Of a DNA stretch of 45,861 nucleotides, positions 31,053-42,164 are shown one piece after another (the stretch's first letter is position 1; each line of letters starts with the position of its first letter). The notes below the pieces were generated by a model. The model saw only the letters and a list, made by a program, of their open reading frames with translations. It searched no databases and was not told the origin of the DNA. The position numbers and the translations under genes are program-made. The stretch lies in the NCBI GenBank assembly GCA_963752595.1, contig CAVVYZ010000012.1, positions 1 to 45,861 of the forward strand, in the 5' to 3' direction. The DNA is from an uncultured delta proteobacterium (GTDB lineage: Bacteria; Desulfobacterota; Desulfomonilia; UBA1062).

Positions 31053-34044
31053 TGTTCACAGAGTCAAGTACCGTCGAACAGATGATCCTCGATAGCGTTG
31101 CCGTCCAGCCCAGTAAAGAACCGGTTCCGGCGCATGATCACATGGCACCGGGCTGGGGCGAGTCCCTCGGACGACGAGTTGCGGCCGGCCCGCTGGGAGC
31201 TACCTGCCCGCCGCCCAGCTCCCGCGCCAGAGCGGCGACGTGATGGTGGAGCCGTGGGTGCGCGAGGCGCTCATCCGGCTCAACCCCGAGATCGCCGCCC
31301 AGCCCGACCGCGCCGACGAGGTCATCTACAACCTGCGGGCCATGCCTCCTCTCCGTGCAGGCCGACGGCCTGGTGCGGGCCAACGAGAACTTCATGGCCT
31401 GGCTGCGCGGCGAGAAGACCATGCCCTTCGGCCCCAACGGCGAGCACGTGCCCGTGCGGCTGGTGGATGCCGCCAACCCGGCCAACAACCGGCTCACCGT
31501 GATGCAACCAGTGGACCTACCAGGCCGGCGCGGTGGAGAAGCGGTTCGACGTGGTCTTCCTGGTCAACGGCCTGCCGCTGGTCATCGGCGAGGCCAAGAC
31601 GCCCACGCGCAGCGCGGTGACCTGGTTCGACGGCGCCTTCCAGATCAACGAGATCTACGAGAAGCAGGTCCCGGCCATGTTCGTGCCGAACGTCTTCTCC
31701 TTCGCCACCGAGGGCAAGCCTGTTCCGCTACGGCTCCATCCGCATGCCCATCGACATGTGGGGGCCGTGGCGCGACGAGGAGAACCAGGAGGAAGGCCAG
31801 CTGCACCACGTGCAGGCCACGGTGGAGAGCATGCTCCGGCCCGAGGTGGTGCTGGACATCCTGCAGAACTTCACCCTCTTCGCCACGGACAAGAAGCACC
31901 GGCGCATCAAGATCATCTGCCGCTACCAGCAGTACTACACCACCAACCAGATCGTGGACCGCGTGGTGAAGGGCTACCCGAAGAAGGGCCTGATCTGGCA
32001 TTTCCAGGGCAGCGGCAAGTCGCTGCTGATGGTCTTTGCCGCGCAGAAGCTGCGGATGCACCCGAAGCTGGGCAACCCCACGGTGATGATCGTGGTGGAC
32101 CGCATCGACCTCGACACGCAGATCACCGCCACCTTCAACGCCGCCGACGTGCCGAACATGGTCGGCGTGGCCACGCGCCAGGAGTTGCAGACGCTGCTCG
32201 GGCAGGACGTGCGCAAGGTGCTCATCACCACCATCCACAAGTTCGGCGAGGCCGGCGGCAGGCTGAACGAGCGCTCGAACATCATCGTGATGGTGGACGA
32301 GGCCCACCGCACCCAGGAAGGCGACCTGGGCCGCAAGATGCGCGAGGCGCTGCCCAATGCCTTCCTCTTCGGCCTCACCGGCACGCCCATCAACCGCGCC
32401 GACCGCAACACCTTCTGGGCCTTCGGCGCCGACGAGGACGAGAAGGGCTACATGAGCCGCTACTCGTTCCAGGACTCCATCCGCGACAAGGCCACGCTGC
32501 CGCTGCACTTCGAGGCGCCGGAGGTGAAGCTGAAGATCGACAAGGCCGCCATCGACGAGGCCTACAAGCAGATCACCGGCAACCTGAGCGAGCAGGACCG
32601 CGACGACCTGGCCAAGCGCGCCGCCAAGATGGCCGTGCTGGTGAAGAACCCCGAGCGCGTCCGCGCCGTGGTGAAGCACATCGTCAAGCACTTCCAGACC
32701 AAGGTGGAGCCGAACGGCTTCAAGGCGCAGGTGGTGGTCTTCGACCGCGAGTGCTGCGTGCTCTACAAGCAGGTGATGGATGAGCTGATCGGCCCGGAGG
32801 CCAGCGCCATCGTCATGACCGCCGCGCAGGGCGACCCGCCGGAGTGGAAGCAGCACGTCCGCGACAAGGACGCCGAGGAGAAGCTGCTCGACCGCTTCCG
32901 CGACCCGGCCGACCCGCTCAAGTTCGTCATCGTCACCAGCAAGCTGCTCACCGGCTTCGACGCGCCCATCCTGCAGGTGATGTATCTCGACAAGCCGATG
33001 AAGGACCACAACCTCCTGCAGGCCATCTGCCGCACCAACCGCACCTTCGGCCAGGAGAAGACCCACGGCCTGATCGTGGACTACATCGGCATCTTCGACG
33101 ACGTGGCCCGGGCGCTGGACTTCGACGAGAAGGCCGTGCAGCAGGTCGTCTCCAACATCGACGAGCTGCGCAAGGCGCTGCCCGTGCAGATGCAGAAGTG
33201 CCTGGCCTTCTTCCCCGGCGTGGACCGGACGCGTCGGCGGCTACGAGGGGCTGATGGCCGCGCAGCAGTGCCTGCCCAACAACGAAGTGCGGGACAAGTT
33301 CGCCGCCGAATACATCGTGCTCGGCACCATCTGGGAGGCGCTCTCGCCCGACCCGTGCCTCAGCCCCTACGAGAAGGACTACCGCTGGCTGACGCAGGTC
33401 TACGAGTCGGTGAAGCCGCCCAGCGGCAACGGCAAGCTGCTCTGGCACGCCCTCGGCGCCAAGACCGTCGAACTGATCAACCAGAACGTCCACGTCGAAT
33501 CGGTGCGCGACGACGTCGAGACGCTGGTGCTGGACGCGCAGGTGCTGGAGGAAATCCTGAAGGACGCCGATCCCGGCAAGAAGGCGCAGGGAGATCGAGA
33601 TCAAGCTCATCGCCCGCCTGCGCAAGCACCTGGGCAACCCCAAGTTCATCGCCCTGGGCGAGCGGCTGGAGAAGATCAAGGAGCGCCACGAGCAGGGCTT
33701 CCTCACCAGCCTGGAGTTCCTGAAGGCAGATCCTCGAACTGGCCAAGGAAGTCGTCGAAGCCGAGAAGGAGACCGATCCCGAGGAGGAGCGCGACCGGGC
33801 CAAGGAGGCCCTGACGGAGCTGTTCAACGAGGCCAAGAGCAAGAACACCCACATCATCGTCGAGCGCATCGTCGCCGACATCGACGAGATCGTGAAGAAG
33901 GTCCGCTTCCCCGACTGGCAGCACACGAGCCAGGGCGAGCGCCTGGTGCAGAAGGAACTCCGCCGCACGCTGCTCAAGTACAAGCTGCACACCGACCAGG
34001 AGCTGTTCGACAAGGCGTACGGCTACATCCGGCAGTATTACTAG
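31052..34044 (+). CDS. hsdR: Type I R-M restriction subunit (several indels)
   Basis: Nuclease RFDVVFLVNGLPLVIGEAK, Walker A WHFQGSGKS, VVDRIDLD, DEAHR, GLTGTP, LLTGFDAP, QAICRTNR; ends YGYIRQYY* at 34044. Confidence 0.93.
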
Positions 34045-34187
34045 GTGCAGGAGAGAGGATCTCTGGGTAGCTGGACATGAGAATCGAGATTAATAAGATT
34101 AGAAGTGTACCGATTTTAGGGCGGACTAAGATAAGTACCTTTCTCAAGTTCTCGGGAAATATTTATTGATAAGATGAAAGGGAATCT

Positions 34188-34261
34188 ATGGAAAATAGAT
34201 TCGAGGGAGCAATAGCAGTTTTAGACATCCTTGGTTTCCGGTCGCTAATGGAAACAATGGA
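34188..34261 (+). pseudogene. 5' stub of a cyclase-like (DILGF motif) gene truncated by the IS3 element
   Basis: ATG at 34188 after GAAAGGGAA reads MENRFEGAIAVLDILGFRSLMETME and then runs into the IS inverted repeat. Confidence 0.45.
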
Positions 34262-34327
34262 AGAGGTGGCTCCGGTTGTTTGGACAGGGGATGGCGATTT
34301 ATAAGTGGAGCCTTGCCGCTATTCCCA

Positions 34328-35158
34328 TTAAGCTGCATCGGGCATACTCTCCCGATAACCGAAATAAATCTCATCCGGGGTTGATCTGTCAAGTTTAGAG
34401 TGTGGTCTGTGATGATTGTAAAAAGTCAGATAGCGTTCCAAGCCGCTCCTTGCTTCACTGACACTGTCATAGGCGTGCAGATAGACCTCCTCATACTTGA
34501 TGCTTCTCCAAAGCCTCTCTACGAACACATTATCACGCCGGCATCCTCTCCCGTCCATGCTAACGGCAATACCCTTTTCTTTCAAAAGATCAGTGAATTC
34601 CACGCTGGTAAACTGGCTGCCCTGGTCGGTATTGAAGATCTCGGGCGTGCCGTAGAGGCCGAAGGCTTCCCTCACCGCATCGATACAGAAATCTGTGCTC
34701 AGCGTATTAGATAGCCTCCATGAGAGTACCTTTCGTGTTGCCCAGTCCATTACCACGAAAAGATAGACAAAGCCCCGCTTCATCGGAATATAGGTGATGT
34801 CTGCTGCCCAGACGTGGTTTGGTCTATCTATCTTTATATTCCTAAGCAGATAGGGGTAGACTTTATGAGCAGGGTGACGCTTGCTGGTATTGGGCTTACA
34901 GTAAAGGGCATTGATGCCCATCTTTTTCATCAGAGTGCTTGTGTGACGACGACCGATCTTATGCCCTTCACGTCTGAGTATACTCATAAGCATGCGGGCC
35001 CCGGCAAAGGGATATTCAAGGTGCAGCTCATCAATCCTGCGCATCAGCACAAGATCGGAAGGCGTAGCCGGCCGTGGCAGGTAATATACGCTCGAACGCG
35101 GCAGCTTCAAGGTACGGCACTGTTTCGCTACCGGCATTTTGTGGCTGGGATTTATCAT
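34328..35158 (-). CDS. IS3 transposase OrfB (DDE integrase core)
   Basis: WAADITYIP, FNTDQGSQFTS, DNVFVERLWRSIKYE, YNHHRPH. Confidence 0.95.
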   Translation of the reverse strand: MINPSHKMPVAKQCRTLKLPRSSVYYLPRPATPSDLVLMRRIDELHLEYPFAGARMLMSILRREGHKIGRRHTSTLMKKMGINALYCKPNTSKRHPAHKVYPYLLRNIKIDRPNHVWAADITYIPMKRGFVYLFVVMDWATRKVLSWRLSNTLSTDFCIDAVREAFGLYGTPEIFNTDQGSQFTSVEFTDLLKEKGIAVSMDGRGCRRDNVFVERLWRSIKYEEVYLHAYDSVSEARSGLERYLTFYNHHRPHSKLDRSTPDEIYFGYRESMPDAA

Positions 35159-35451
35159 TTTCTTGCGCTCAATCGACCCACTTTGATGAGCGCATGCTCA
35201 AAAAAATCATTCTCCAGGGTCAGCTCTCCAATCTTGGCATGCAGATCCTTTAAGTCCGGCTCCTTGTCCTTCTTAGAACCGTCAAAGACCGTAGATGCAC
35301 CATCGAGCATCTGCTGCTTCCAGTCCGATATCTGGTTGGGGTGTACATCAAACTGTTCAGCTAACTCCACTAGCGTTTTATCCCCCTTGATTGCTGATAA
35401 TGCCACTTTCGCTTTGAAACTTGCCGAGTGATTCCGTCGCTTCCTCTTCAT
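35155..35451 (-). CDS. IS3 transposase OrfA (HTH)
   Basis: RRNHSASFKAKVAL...ELAEQFDVHPNQISDWK...LHAKIGELTLENDF; T7 slippery run at 35200-35206 on the minus strand. Confidence 0.93.
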   Translation of the reverse strand: MKRKRRNHSASFKAKVALSAIKGDKTLVELAEQFDVHPNQISDWKQQMLDGASTVFDGSKKDKEPDLKDLHAKIGELTLENDFFEHALIKVGRLSARK

Positions 35452-35575
35452 GCTCTTGCTCCTTTCTTTGACCGTATTTCATCGGCCTGTTTTGAGCAAG
35501 ACCCACTAATAGACCTGTCCGAATTTGCGGAGCCACTTCTGCTTTCCGGGATACTCTCGATAGGGTTAAAAGGGA

Positions 35576-37315
35576 TCAACCCATGATAGATGCCTGTGCC
35601 CTGATAAGGTCATGAAGTGTTACAATGCCGACAATCATTCCTGTCTTTTTATCAAGCATGATGATGCATCCATGGGGGGATTCGATGAACCTGTTGCCCA
35701 CCTCTCGGACGGTCTGTTCTGGATGGCAGTTCACAGCGGCATAGAATTCAGGGACAGCCTTGTGTTTGAGAATGGATTCGATCTGCTCACGGGTGATAAG
35801 CTCGATGCGTTCATTATTCAGCACTAATGGAAAGCAGTTGTAAGGGTGTCTTTCGAGAAATTCTCTGAGATAGCTCTCAGACAGGCTCCTTACTATGACC
35901 GGATGAGGATTGGCAATGGACGAGATGGGAAGATTTTGCCAACTCCTGATATCGATGGGTGGCCTGATTTTTATCAGCTCATGCCCATCTTGCAGGAGTA
36001 TCGAGTCGTAAAAGTTTGCTTTTGTAGCAGCGTGTGAAATGACTACACTGATGATTGTCCCTACCATCAGGGCAGGGACAATGGAAAACTGGTGGGTCAT
36101 CTCGAACACGATCAGAAGAGAGGTAAGAGGTTCTCTGACTACAGTCCCGAGACAGGTGCTCATTCCCACTGCCGACAGCACGATCCTGTCTGATGGTGAT
36201 AGGGGCATCCAGAGACCGGCGATCCCGCCGATGAAATATCCGCACATGCCTCCGATGAAGAGCAAGGGCGAGAATACCCCGCCACACCCCCCGAAGGCGA
36301 GAGAGACGACGGTTGCCAGGACCTTGGCGACCACGAGAATCCCTGCAACCCACCAGATGAAATTATTGTCCAGGGCATTCGAGAGATCTTGATACCCCAG
36401 ACCGAAAACACCCAGCTTCCCGGTGGTATAAAAGCAGCAGACCCCGATTATCCATACGATGAAGCCACCACAACAGGGTTTGAGCCAGGCCGGAATAGCA
36501 TGCTGTCTCCTGGCCTGCAGCCGGAAAAAGAGAGTCATACGCTGAAAGATCACCCCGATAAGTGAAGCAACGACTGCGACAATCGGAACGATGAGATAAT
36601 GCACCGGAGATATCGAATCGACTGATGGGAGTCTGAAAGCAGGCTGCTCGCCGATGAGAGCGAATACGACAAATGCACCGATTACCGAAGAGAGCACTAT
36701 TCTGCCTACGAAACGACTGTTGATATCGCCTACGATCTCTTCGAGAATAAAGGCGATTGCTGCCAGAGGTGCATTGAAGGCAGCAGCTATCCCAGCTGAA
36801 GCGCCTACGATGACGGCGCTCCGCCGCCGCCGTACCGGTGTCCCGAGAGAACCTGAGATATTTGATGCAATGCCCCCGCCGATATAGATTGTGGGGCCTT
36901 CACGACCCAGGCTGGCACCGCCGCCTATACTTAAGACGCCGGCAATAAATTTGACGATAACAGGAGCCCAGGGGATATATCCCACTTCCTTCCAGTAGGC
37001 TTCCTTGAGTTGTGGGATACCGCTTCCCGCTGCATCCGGGGCATACTTTGACAGCAGGATGCCGACTAGGAGCGATGATCCCATGATCAGGAGGAAGCTC
37101 GAAAGTAGAAAGAGGGGTAGTGAGTAAGAAGAAAAGACAACATAGGTGTGCTCATAGGCAAGATTGAGCAGGACCATGAAAGCGACCCCCGATGCTCCTG
37201 CCGCCAGTGCATAGATGATTGTCTGCACCAGGGTACGGGTATTATCCGGGAGACCCCGTAAAAAAGAAATAACTGAGTATAAAGAATCTTTCCTGCCCAT
37301 TTCCTCAATGTTCAT
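35576..37315 (-). CDS. ClC-family Cl-/H+ antiporter with C-terminal CBS domains
   Basis: GSGIP, GREGP (gating Glu), FILEE (proton-Glu position), GGVFSP, FYDS; CBS tail ending VGIVTLHDLI. Confidence 0.92.
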   Translation of the reverse strand: MNIEEMGRKDSLYSVISFLRGLPDNTRTLVQTIIYALAAGASGVAFMVLLNLAYEHTYVVFSSYSLPLFLLSSFLLIMGSSLLVGILLSKYAPDAAGSGIPQLKEAYWKEVGYIPWAPVIVKFIAGVLSIGGGASLGREGPTIYIGGGIASNISGSLGTPVRRRRSAVIVGASAGIAAAFNAPLAAIAFILEEIVGDINSRFVGRIVLSSVIGAFVVFALIGEQPAFRLPSVDSISPVHYLIVPIVAVVASLIGVIFQRMTLFFRLQARRQHAIPAWLKPCCGGFIVWIIGVCCFYTTGKLGVFGLGYQDLSNALDNNFIWWVAGILVVAKVLATVVSLAFGGCGGVFSPLLFIGGMCGYFIGGIAGLWMPLSPSDRIVLSAVGMSTCLGTVVREPLTSLLIVFEMTHQFSIVPALMVGTIISVVISHAATKANFYDSILLQDGHELIKIRPPIDIRSWQNLPISSIANPHPVIVRSLSESYLREFLERHPYNCFPLVLNNERIELITREQIESILKHKAVPEFYAAVNCHPEQTVREVGNRFIESPHGCIIMLDKKTGMIVGIVTLHDLIRAQASIMG

Positions 37316-37481
37316 GACGGATTATACCATTTCACCAGGCATGAAAAACGGATACGCTACACTGTAAGCAAGGTCAAGTCCCCTCTTCTTACTCCGCGAA
37401 TGAAATATCTCCCGTGCTTAGGCCCCTCGGTTTGCTGCACAGGCTGGATGAAGAGGCAGTTGCGCGAATAGCCTCCCGGTA

Positions 37482-38691
37482 TCACCGGTTATCATGCTCG
37501 ACAGCATCGTTCAGCCGGTCCTGAAAATCCGGTATGGCTGCACTTATCCTTACCCATGCACTCATCATTGGAATGCCGATGGGGTCTGATGAGAATTTTC
37601 GCGTGGCCTCCTTGAGCGAGCTCACGAATGCCTCTGTTGCCTCGATCTCGCTGTGGCGGTCATATGAGATCCCGTTCAGAAGAGACAGCGCATTGTATTT
37701 TTCAATGGCGAGCCGGGATTCCTCGATGTAGGAGGTGAACATTGTCCTGAAGAAGGAATCGCTAAAGACCATGCCTCCCTGGCTTAAGATCCGTAGCAAG
37801 GTCTCGGCGATATCCGTGGCCATAAGGTTGAGCCCTGCGCTGGAATCGATTTTTTGGAGCCCTTGATGCTTGTGCTCATAATTTTCAGCGATCTCGACCT
37901 GGCAGATCCGGTTTGGAGCGGTCCGGTGATATACTTCGTTGAGCATTGATACTTCCAGACCCCAGGTCGGAGAGATGCGGATGCCGCGGGCAATAGTGGA
38001 GAGCATGGCAAACTCTCCCGAGAGTGCATACCTGAACGACCCCAAATATTCGAGGAAGGGGTTGTAGCCCACGATCCGTTTCAAGGTATTGATAACAGGG
38101 AGGTAGAAGAGCCTCGTAACCCGGCCATAGAGTCTGTTCGTCACCCGGGCGTAGTACCCCTTGCTGAAATCATAGTCGAGTGCTGGGTGTACTACAGGGT
38201 AGATGAGCCGGGCAAGGATCTCCCGGGAGTAGTTTATGATGTCTGTATCATGCAGGGCGATGGCGTCCACGTCCTTATCGGCCAGGATGTAGCCAAGTGT
38301 CATCCACACGGACCGCCCTTTGCCGGGTACTTCCAGCTTGAAATCATTGCCCCTGAGCTCCTTATAGAGTGCTTGCAGCCTGGGGCCGTCATGCCAGACG
38401 ATCCTTACTCCGGACGATACCTCCGCCATGATCTTCTTCACCCGTTTGAACTGACCTTCATCTGCTCTATCGAGAGAGAGCACGATCTTATCGAGGTACG
38501 ATACCTGCTTGAGCTCGGAAAGGATCTTGGGCATGGCCGGGGTATCGAACTCCGATACAAGGGCAGGCAGCAGCAGGACCATCTTGCGTTTTGTAGATAT
38601 CTCATAGAGCTCGTTTTCAATCTCTCCCACCGGTCTTTGCCGTAGTTTCTGCAGAGTTGCTATCATGCCGTGCTGATAGAAAATCCGCCAT
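37482..38691 (-). CDS. gpgS: Glucosyl-3-phosphoglycerate synthase (GpgS-type glycosyltransferase)
   Basis: True start MADFYQHGMIATL (1-nt indel near 38680) after AGGAG; GKGRSVW, ALHDTDI, KGYYARV, YGRVTRL, FRYALSGEF, WGLEV, YEHKHQ. Confidence 0.72.
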
Positions 38692-38702
38692 AATACTCCT
38701 CC

Positions 38703-39949
38703 TTACTTCCAGATTTGTATGAGATAGTCCTTCAGGGCTTCGAAGGACCTGGACCTGTTCCTCAAAGAGCGCCTCAGCCTGAGCGAATCCTTATCCTTGA
38801 GCTCGTTCACCAGGGATGCGACCCTGGCGTAATAGAGGGGGACCATGGTGTTCAGGAGCTTCATCCGCTGGCGGGGCGTCGAGTGAAAGGCGTTGGCATA
38901 CCGGTAGACGGTCCGTACCCAGGTATCGACGGGCAAGAGGAAATCCTCTTTGCCTGCTGTCATGGGCCAATGCTTTGATGATTGCCAGATCCTTTTCTTC
39001 CAGGATTTGCTGCCATATGCCGCCGAAGTTCCAGAACCCGGTCTGGAAGTACTCGATGAGATCATCCTGATTAATCTCAAAGGCCGGCGGCTCCTCGTGA
39101 TGGGTAATCGCCTAGCGTGGGCACATCGCGAAGGCATTTGGATCTGTTTCCAGTAATCTTCATGTATCTCCATGAGCTGGAAGATGGTCCCCACCACCTG
39201 CCGGTACATGGGCCCGAGGTCTGCGGACGGGTCTTTCTGGCCGTGGATCTTGACACCAAGCCTTGCCTGGCAGATATTGAACCCGCCTACGATGGCGTTG
39301 TGGTCATCCAGATGTCGATTCCGAACCGCGCCATATCGGTCTCCCAGACATTTCCTGGTCGAGGTAATGCTTCACGAGCTTGAGGAAAGCCCGAAGTCCC
39401 CGCCGATAGGCTGGCGGATCGCATCCCGTACAGGGAGCGGGTGAGATTGTAGGCGATGGTGTTGGTGATGGTGGCATCGAATTTGTAGCGAGATAGTCGG
39501 GCGCGACAAAATCATAGCCTTCCAGTACCGGATCAATGAGATTCTTGACCCATAGTGGTGATGATGGAGATAAGGTCGGAATCAAATACTGCCACAGCCT
39601 TGGGTTTCAGGAAGGCAGCCACCTCGAATACGGCCCGGAGCGCCGAGCCTTTGCCGGGAAGGCCCCGATAGACGGTCACGATCTTCTCGATGTTGAAAGA
39701 TTTACCGTCATAGGATCTGGCGATGTCGCGGGTATCGTCGGTGGAGCCGCCGTCGGAGATCATGATCAGTGCACGCGCATCGGGGTAATGGGTTTCAAGA
39801 CCGCCGCAGATCGTCTTGACCACATGCCTGATGGAGCCGTCACAGTGGTAGCAAGGTATGCCGATGACGATATCGGCGTACCCGAGGCGCTCGATCTTTT
39901 CCCTGACATAGTCCCTGAGTGCTGTCGAGAACCTTCGTGTATCCGTCAT
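38703..39949 (-). CDS. GT2/Mgs-like glycosyltransferase, probable single-step glucosylglycerate synthase (multiple indels)
   Basis: ADIVIGIPCY...SDGGSTDDT...GKGSAL...DSDL, then YDFVAP, RQPIGGDFG, FGIDIWMT, KIH and MYRQVVGTIF spread over shifted frames. Confidence 0.65.
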
Positions 39950-40022
39950 GATGAACCTCCCCCATGAATAGGATCTGTAACCTGGATAACCTTAAAAATT
40001 TCGGCGCTCATACCCTTTCATC

Positions 40023-40811
40023 TCAGCCGAGAAGGGCGCATACAGTCTCGTTCCAGCCTCTGCTACCTGGAAAAGGGGCCCGGATAAGGTTCGGCAGCTG
40101 GATGTCCTCAAAGGAGCCGCCCGGATTGGGAATCAGAACCGGTATGTCCACCTGTTTGAGCATCGGCAGGTCGTTGAAGCTGTCCCCTATGCCGATGCTC
40201 GTAACCTGAGATGAATGCACACTCTCAAGTATTGCCTTCGTCATCCTTACGGCTTTGCCCTTGTCGTTCTTATGGCTTATGAAATGAAAAAACCTCCCTC
40301 CCCGCGTTATCTTGATACCTGCATCCCAAGCTACCTCTTCCAGGTAGGGGAGCTGTTCTTCACAATCGATGAGGAACGGTTCCGTATACTCCCTGAATTT
40401 TGCCAGCCTTGCCGCCTGGAGGGATAATCCTGTCCGCCATGCGATCTCTTCTGCAGCCATGTCTCCGAAACCGCGGATCGGGTAGTCGTCTCCGAGTTGT
40501 TTCATGAACGATCTGATGCGGTGATAGGAAATGCCGAGCCGGATGCAAAGATAGTTATCGAAGCCCTTTTGGAACCTCAAACCCTTGTATGCGGCTGGAA
40601 AGAACACTCCTCCTCCATTTTCCACTATAAAAGGTTCGTCCATGCTCGTTTCTTTCCGGAATGCATCGACTTCCTTCCGAGTCTTGCTGGTGCACAGAAC
40701 CAGCGGTATGCGGTGATCCTGTATCTTCCTGAGGGCAGGGACCGCCTCCTCATAGGAGTAATCATCATGATTCAGAAGGCTCCCGTCCAGATCAGTGAAA
40801 ATTACCAACAT
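40023..40811 (-). CDS. Glucosyl/mannosyl-3-phosphoglycerate phosphatase (HAD IIB)
   Basis: IFTDLDGSLLNH, CTSKT, IVENGG, REYTEP, GGRFFH, DKGKAV, GDSFNDLPML. Confidence 0.88.
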   Translation of the reverse strand: MLVIFTDLDGSLLNHDDYSYEEAVPALRKIQDHRIPLVLCTSKTRKEVDAFRKETSMDEPFIVENGGGVFFPAAYKGLRFQKGFDNYLCIRLGISYHRIRSFMKQLGDDYPIRGFGDMAAEEIAWRTGLSLQAARLAKFREYTEPFLIDCEEQLPYLEEVAWDAGIKITRGGRFFHFISHKNDKGKAVRMTKAILESVHSSQVTSIGIGDSFNDLPMLKQVDIPVLIPNPGGSFEDIQLPNLIRAPFPGSRGWNETVCALLG

Positions 40812-40881
40812 ATGATATCCTCACCTCTTGTGCCTCATACTGCATAGGCACTTTTTGTGATCCATCAAACGATTGTTCCGC

Positions 40882-42164
40882 TCATTTCTCTCCGGTCTGC
40901 TCTTGTTGCATCCGGGATAATATTTGAGTTGCAGGCAAGTATACGGAGAACCGGGTTCCTTTCCCGGGCTCACTCTCTGCCGTGTTGGTGCCGCCGTGAT
41001 CCTTGATAATCCCGTGAACTGTTGCAAGCCCCATCCCTGTGCCTTTTCCGACTTCCTTGGTAGTGAAGAAGGGCTCGAAGATATGATCCAGCACTTCAGG
41101 GTCAATACAGGCACCTGTATCTTTCACTGTAAGCTCCAGATACTCGCCTGCCGTCAGTTCAGTTTGAGGAGCTCTATCTTTAAGGTGTTTAGCAGAAAGG
41201 TGTATCTCTATAATGCCCGTCTTTGATTCAGGGGCATCCGCAGCATTTCTGCACAGGTTCGTGATGGCCTGTTGTATCTGTGTTGCATCGCCCAGGATCG
41301 TATCGGATACGGCATCGATCTGTGTATGGATTTCAATGGTGCTCGGCAGGGAGGATCTTAAGAAAGCAAGCGTCAGCGGCTTCATCTTTACCGGGCAGTT
41401 CGTTCTCTCTCTGCGCCTGTTGAAGGTGAGGATCTGCTGTATGAGATCTCTTTGCCGGTATGCTGCCTGGATCACCTCCTGAAGGATCTGATGAGAAGAT
41501 GATCCTGGATCGGTATCCTCCGGAAGCGTCTCGGCGTTGATGACAATCGGAAAGAGGGTATTGTTCAGATCATGTGCTATCCCCTCTGCAAACCCGCCGA
41601 GGGCTTCCATTTTCCTGGCCTGGATGATCTTGGACTCGAGATCTGCCTTTTCTTTTTCCGCCTGCTTGCGATCCGATATCTCCTTTTTGCGCTGCTCGTT
41701 TCTTGCCGACAGTTCGTTGTCCGTTCTCTTACGATCTCGTCCAAATGGTCCCAGTGTCTCCGGAGTTCTTCCTTCTGTCCGCAGGCCTGATCATTGATCG
41801 CGTCACGTTCCATCAATGCTTTTTCTAGGCTGTCCAAGAGAAGGATGACCAGATGTGCCATCACGGCACCGGCAAGCAGAGTTATCATCGTCGATGCCAT
41901 TATGTAGAGCACTCTTTGTCCCGGCAGGATCAGGTACAGCTCGAAAACAGCCATAGCTACGAAAATACCTGCTGTGGTCCAGAGAAGAGCCTTGCGCCGT
42001 GTCCAGATGCAGAACAGCAGAGGCAATACATAAGTCAGCGGGAAGAATACTTCGTTAGAGATGACAAGACGAATCAGCCCCCAGGCAACGATGATCCCGA
42101 TCGTCATGGCCCAGGCAGCAGCTCCCGATGGTTTATGTTGTAGTAGTCGCAGAAGTTTTTTCAT
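40882..42164 (-). pseudogene. Degenerate membrane sensor histidine kinase (frameshift near 41700, internal deletions, no receiver)
   Basis: N-terminal TM helices; MEALGGFAEGIAHDLNN H-box, QAITNLCRNAADA, FEPFFTTKEVGKGTGMGL. Confidence 0.7.

Larger units (their letters stand above)
34262..35540 (-). mobile_element. IS3-family insertion sequence (~1.28 kb)
   Basis: Imperfect terminal IRs AGAGGTGGCTCCGGTTGTTTGGACAG (34262-) and the reverse complement of CTGTCCGAATTTGCGGAGCCACTTCT (-35540) enclose orfA/orfB. Confidence 0.9.

Noticed and set aside
26246-33706. Long antisense and alternate-frame ORFs over hsdM/hsdR (for example 625 aa, 473 aa, 416 aa)
   Set aside because: Shadow ORFs caused by extreme GC3 bias; they have no motifs and low-complexity Arg/Ala/Gly composition.
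35576-37315. ClC as a fluoride exporter, with the leader RNA as a fluoride riboswitch
   Set aside because: It has GSGIP/GREGP/Y chloride-type signatures rather than CLC-F motifs, and the RNA lacks the crcB-motif GGCGAUG...CGCC pattern.
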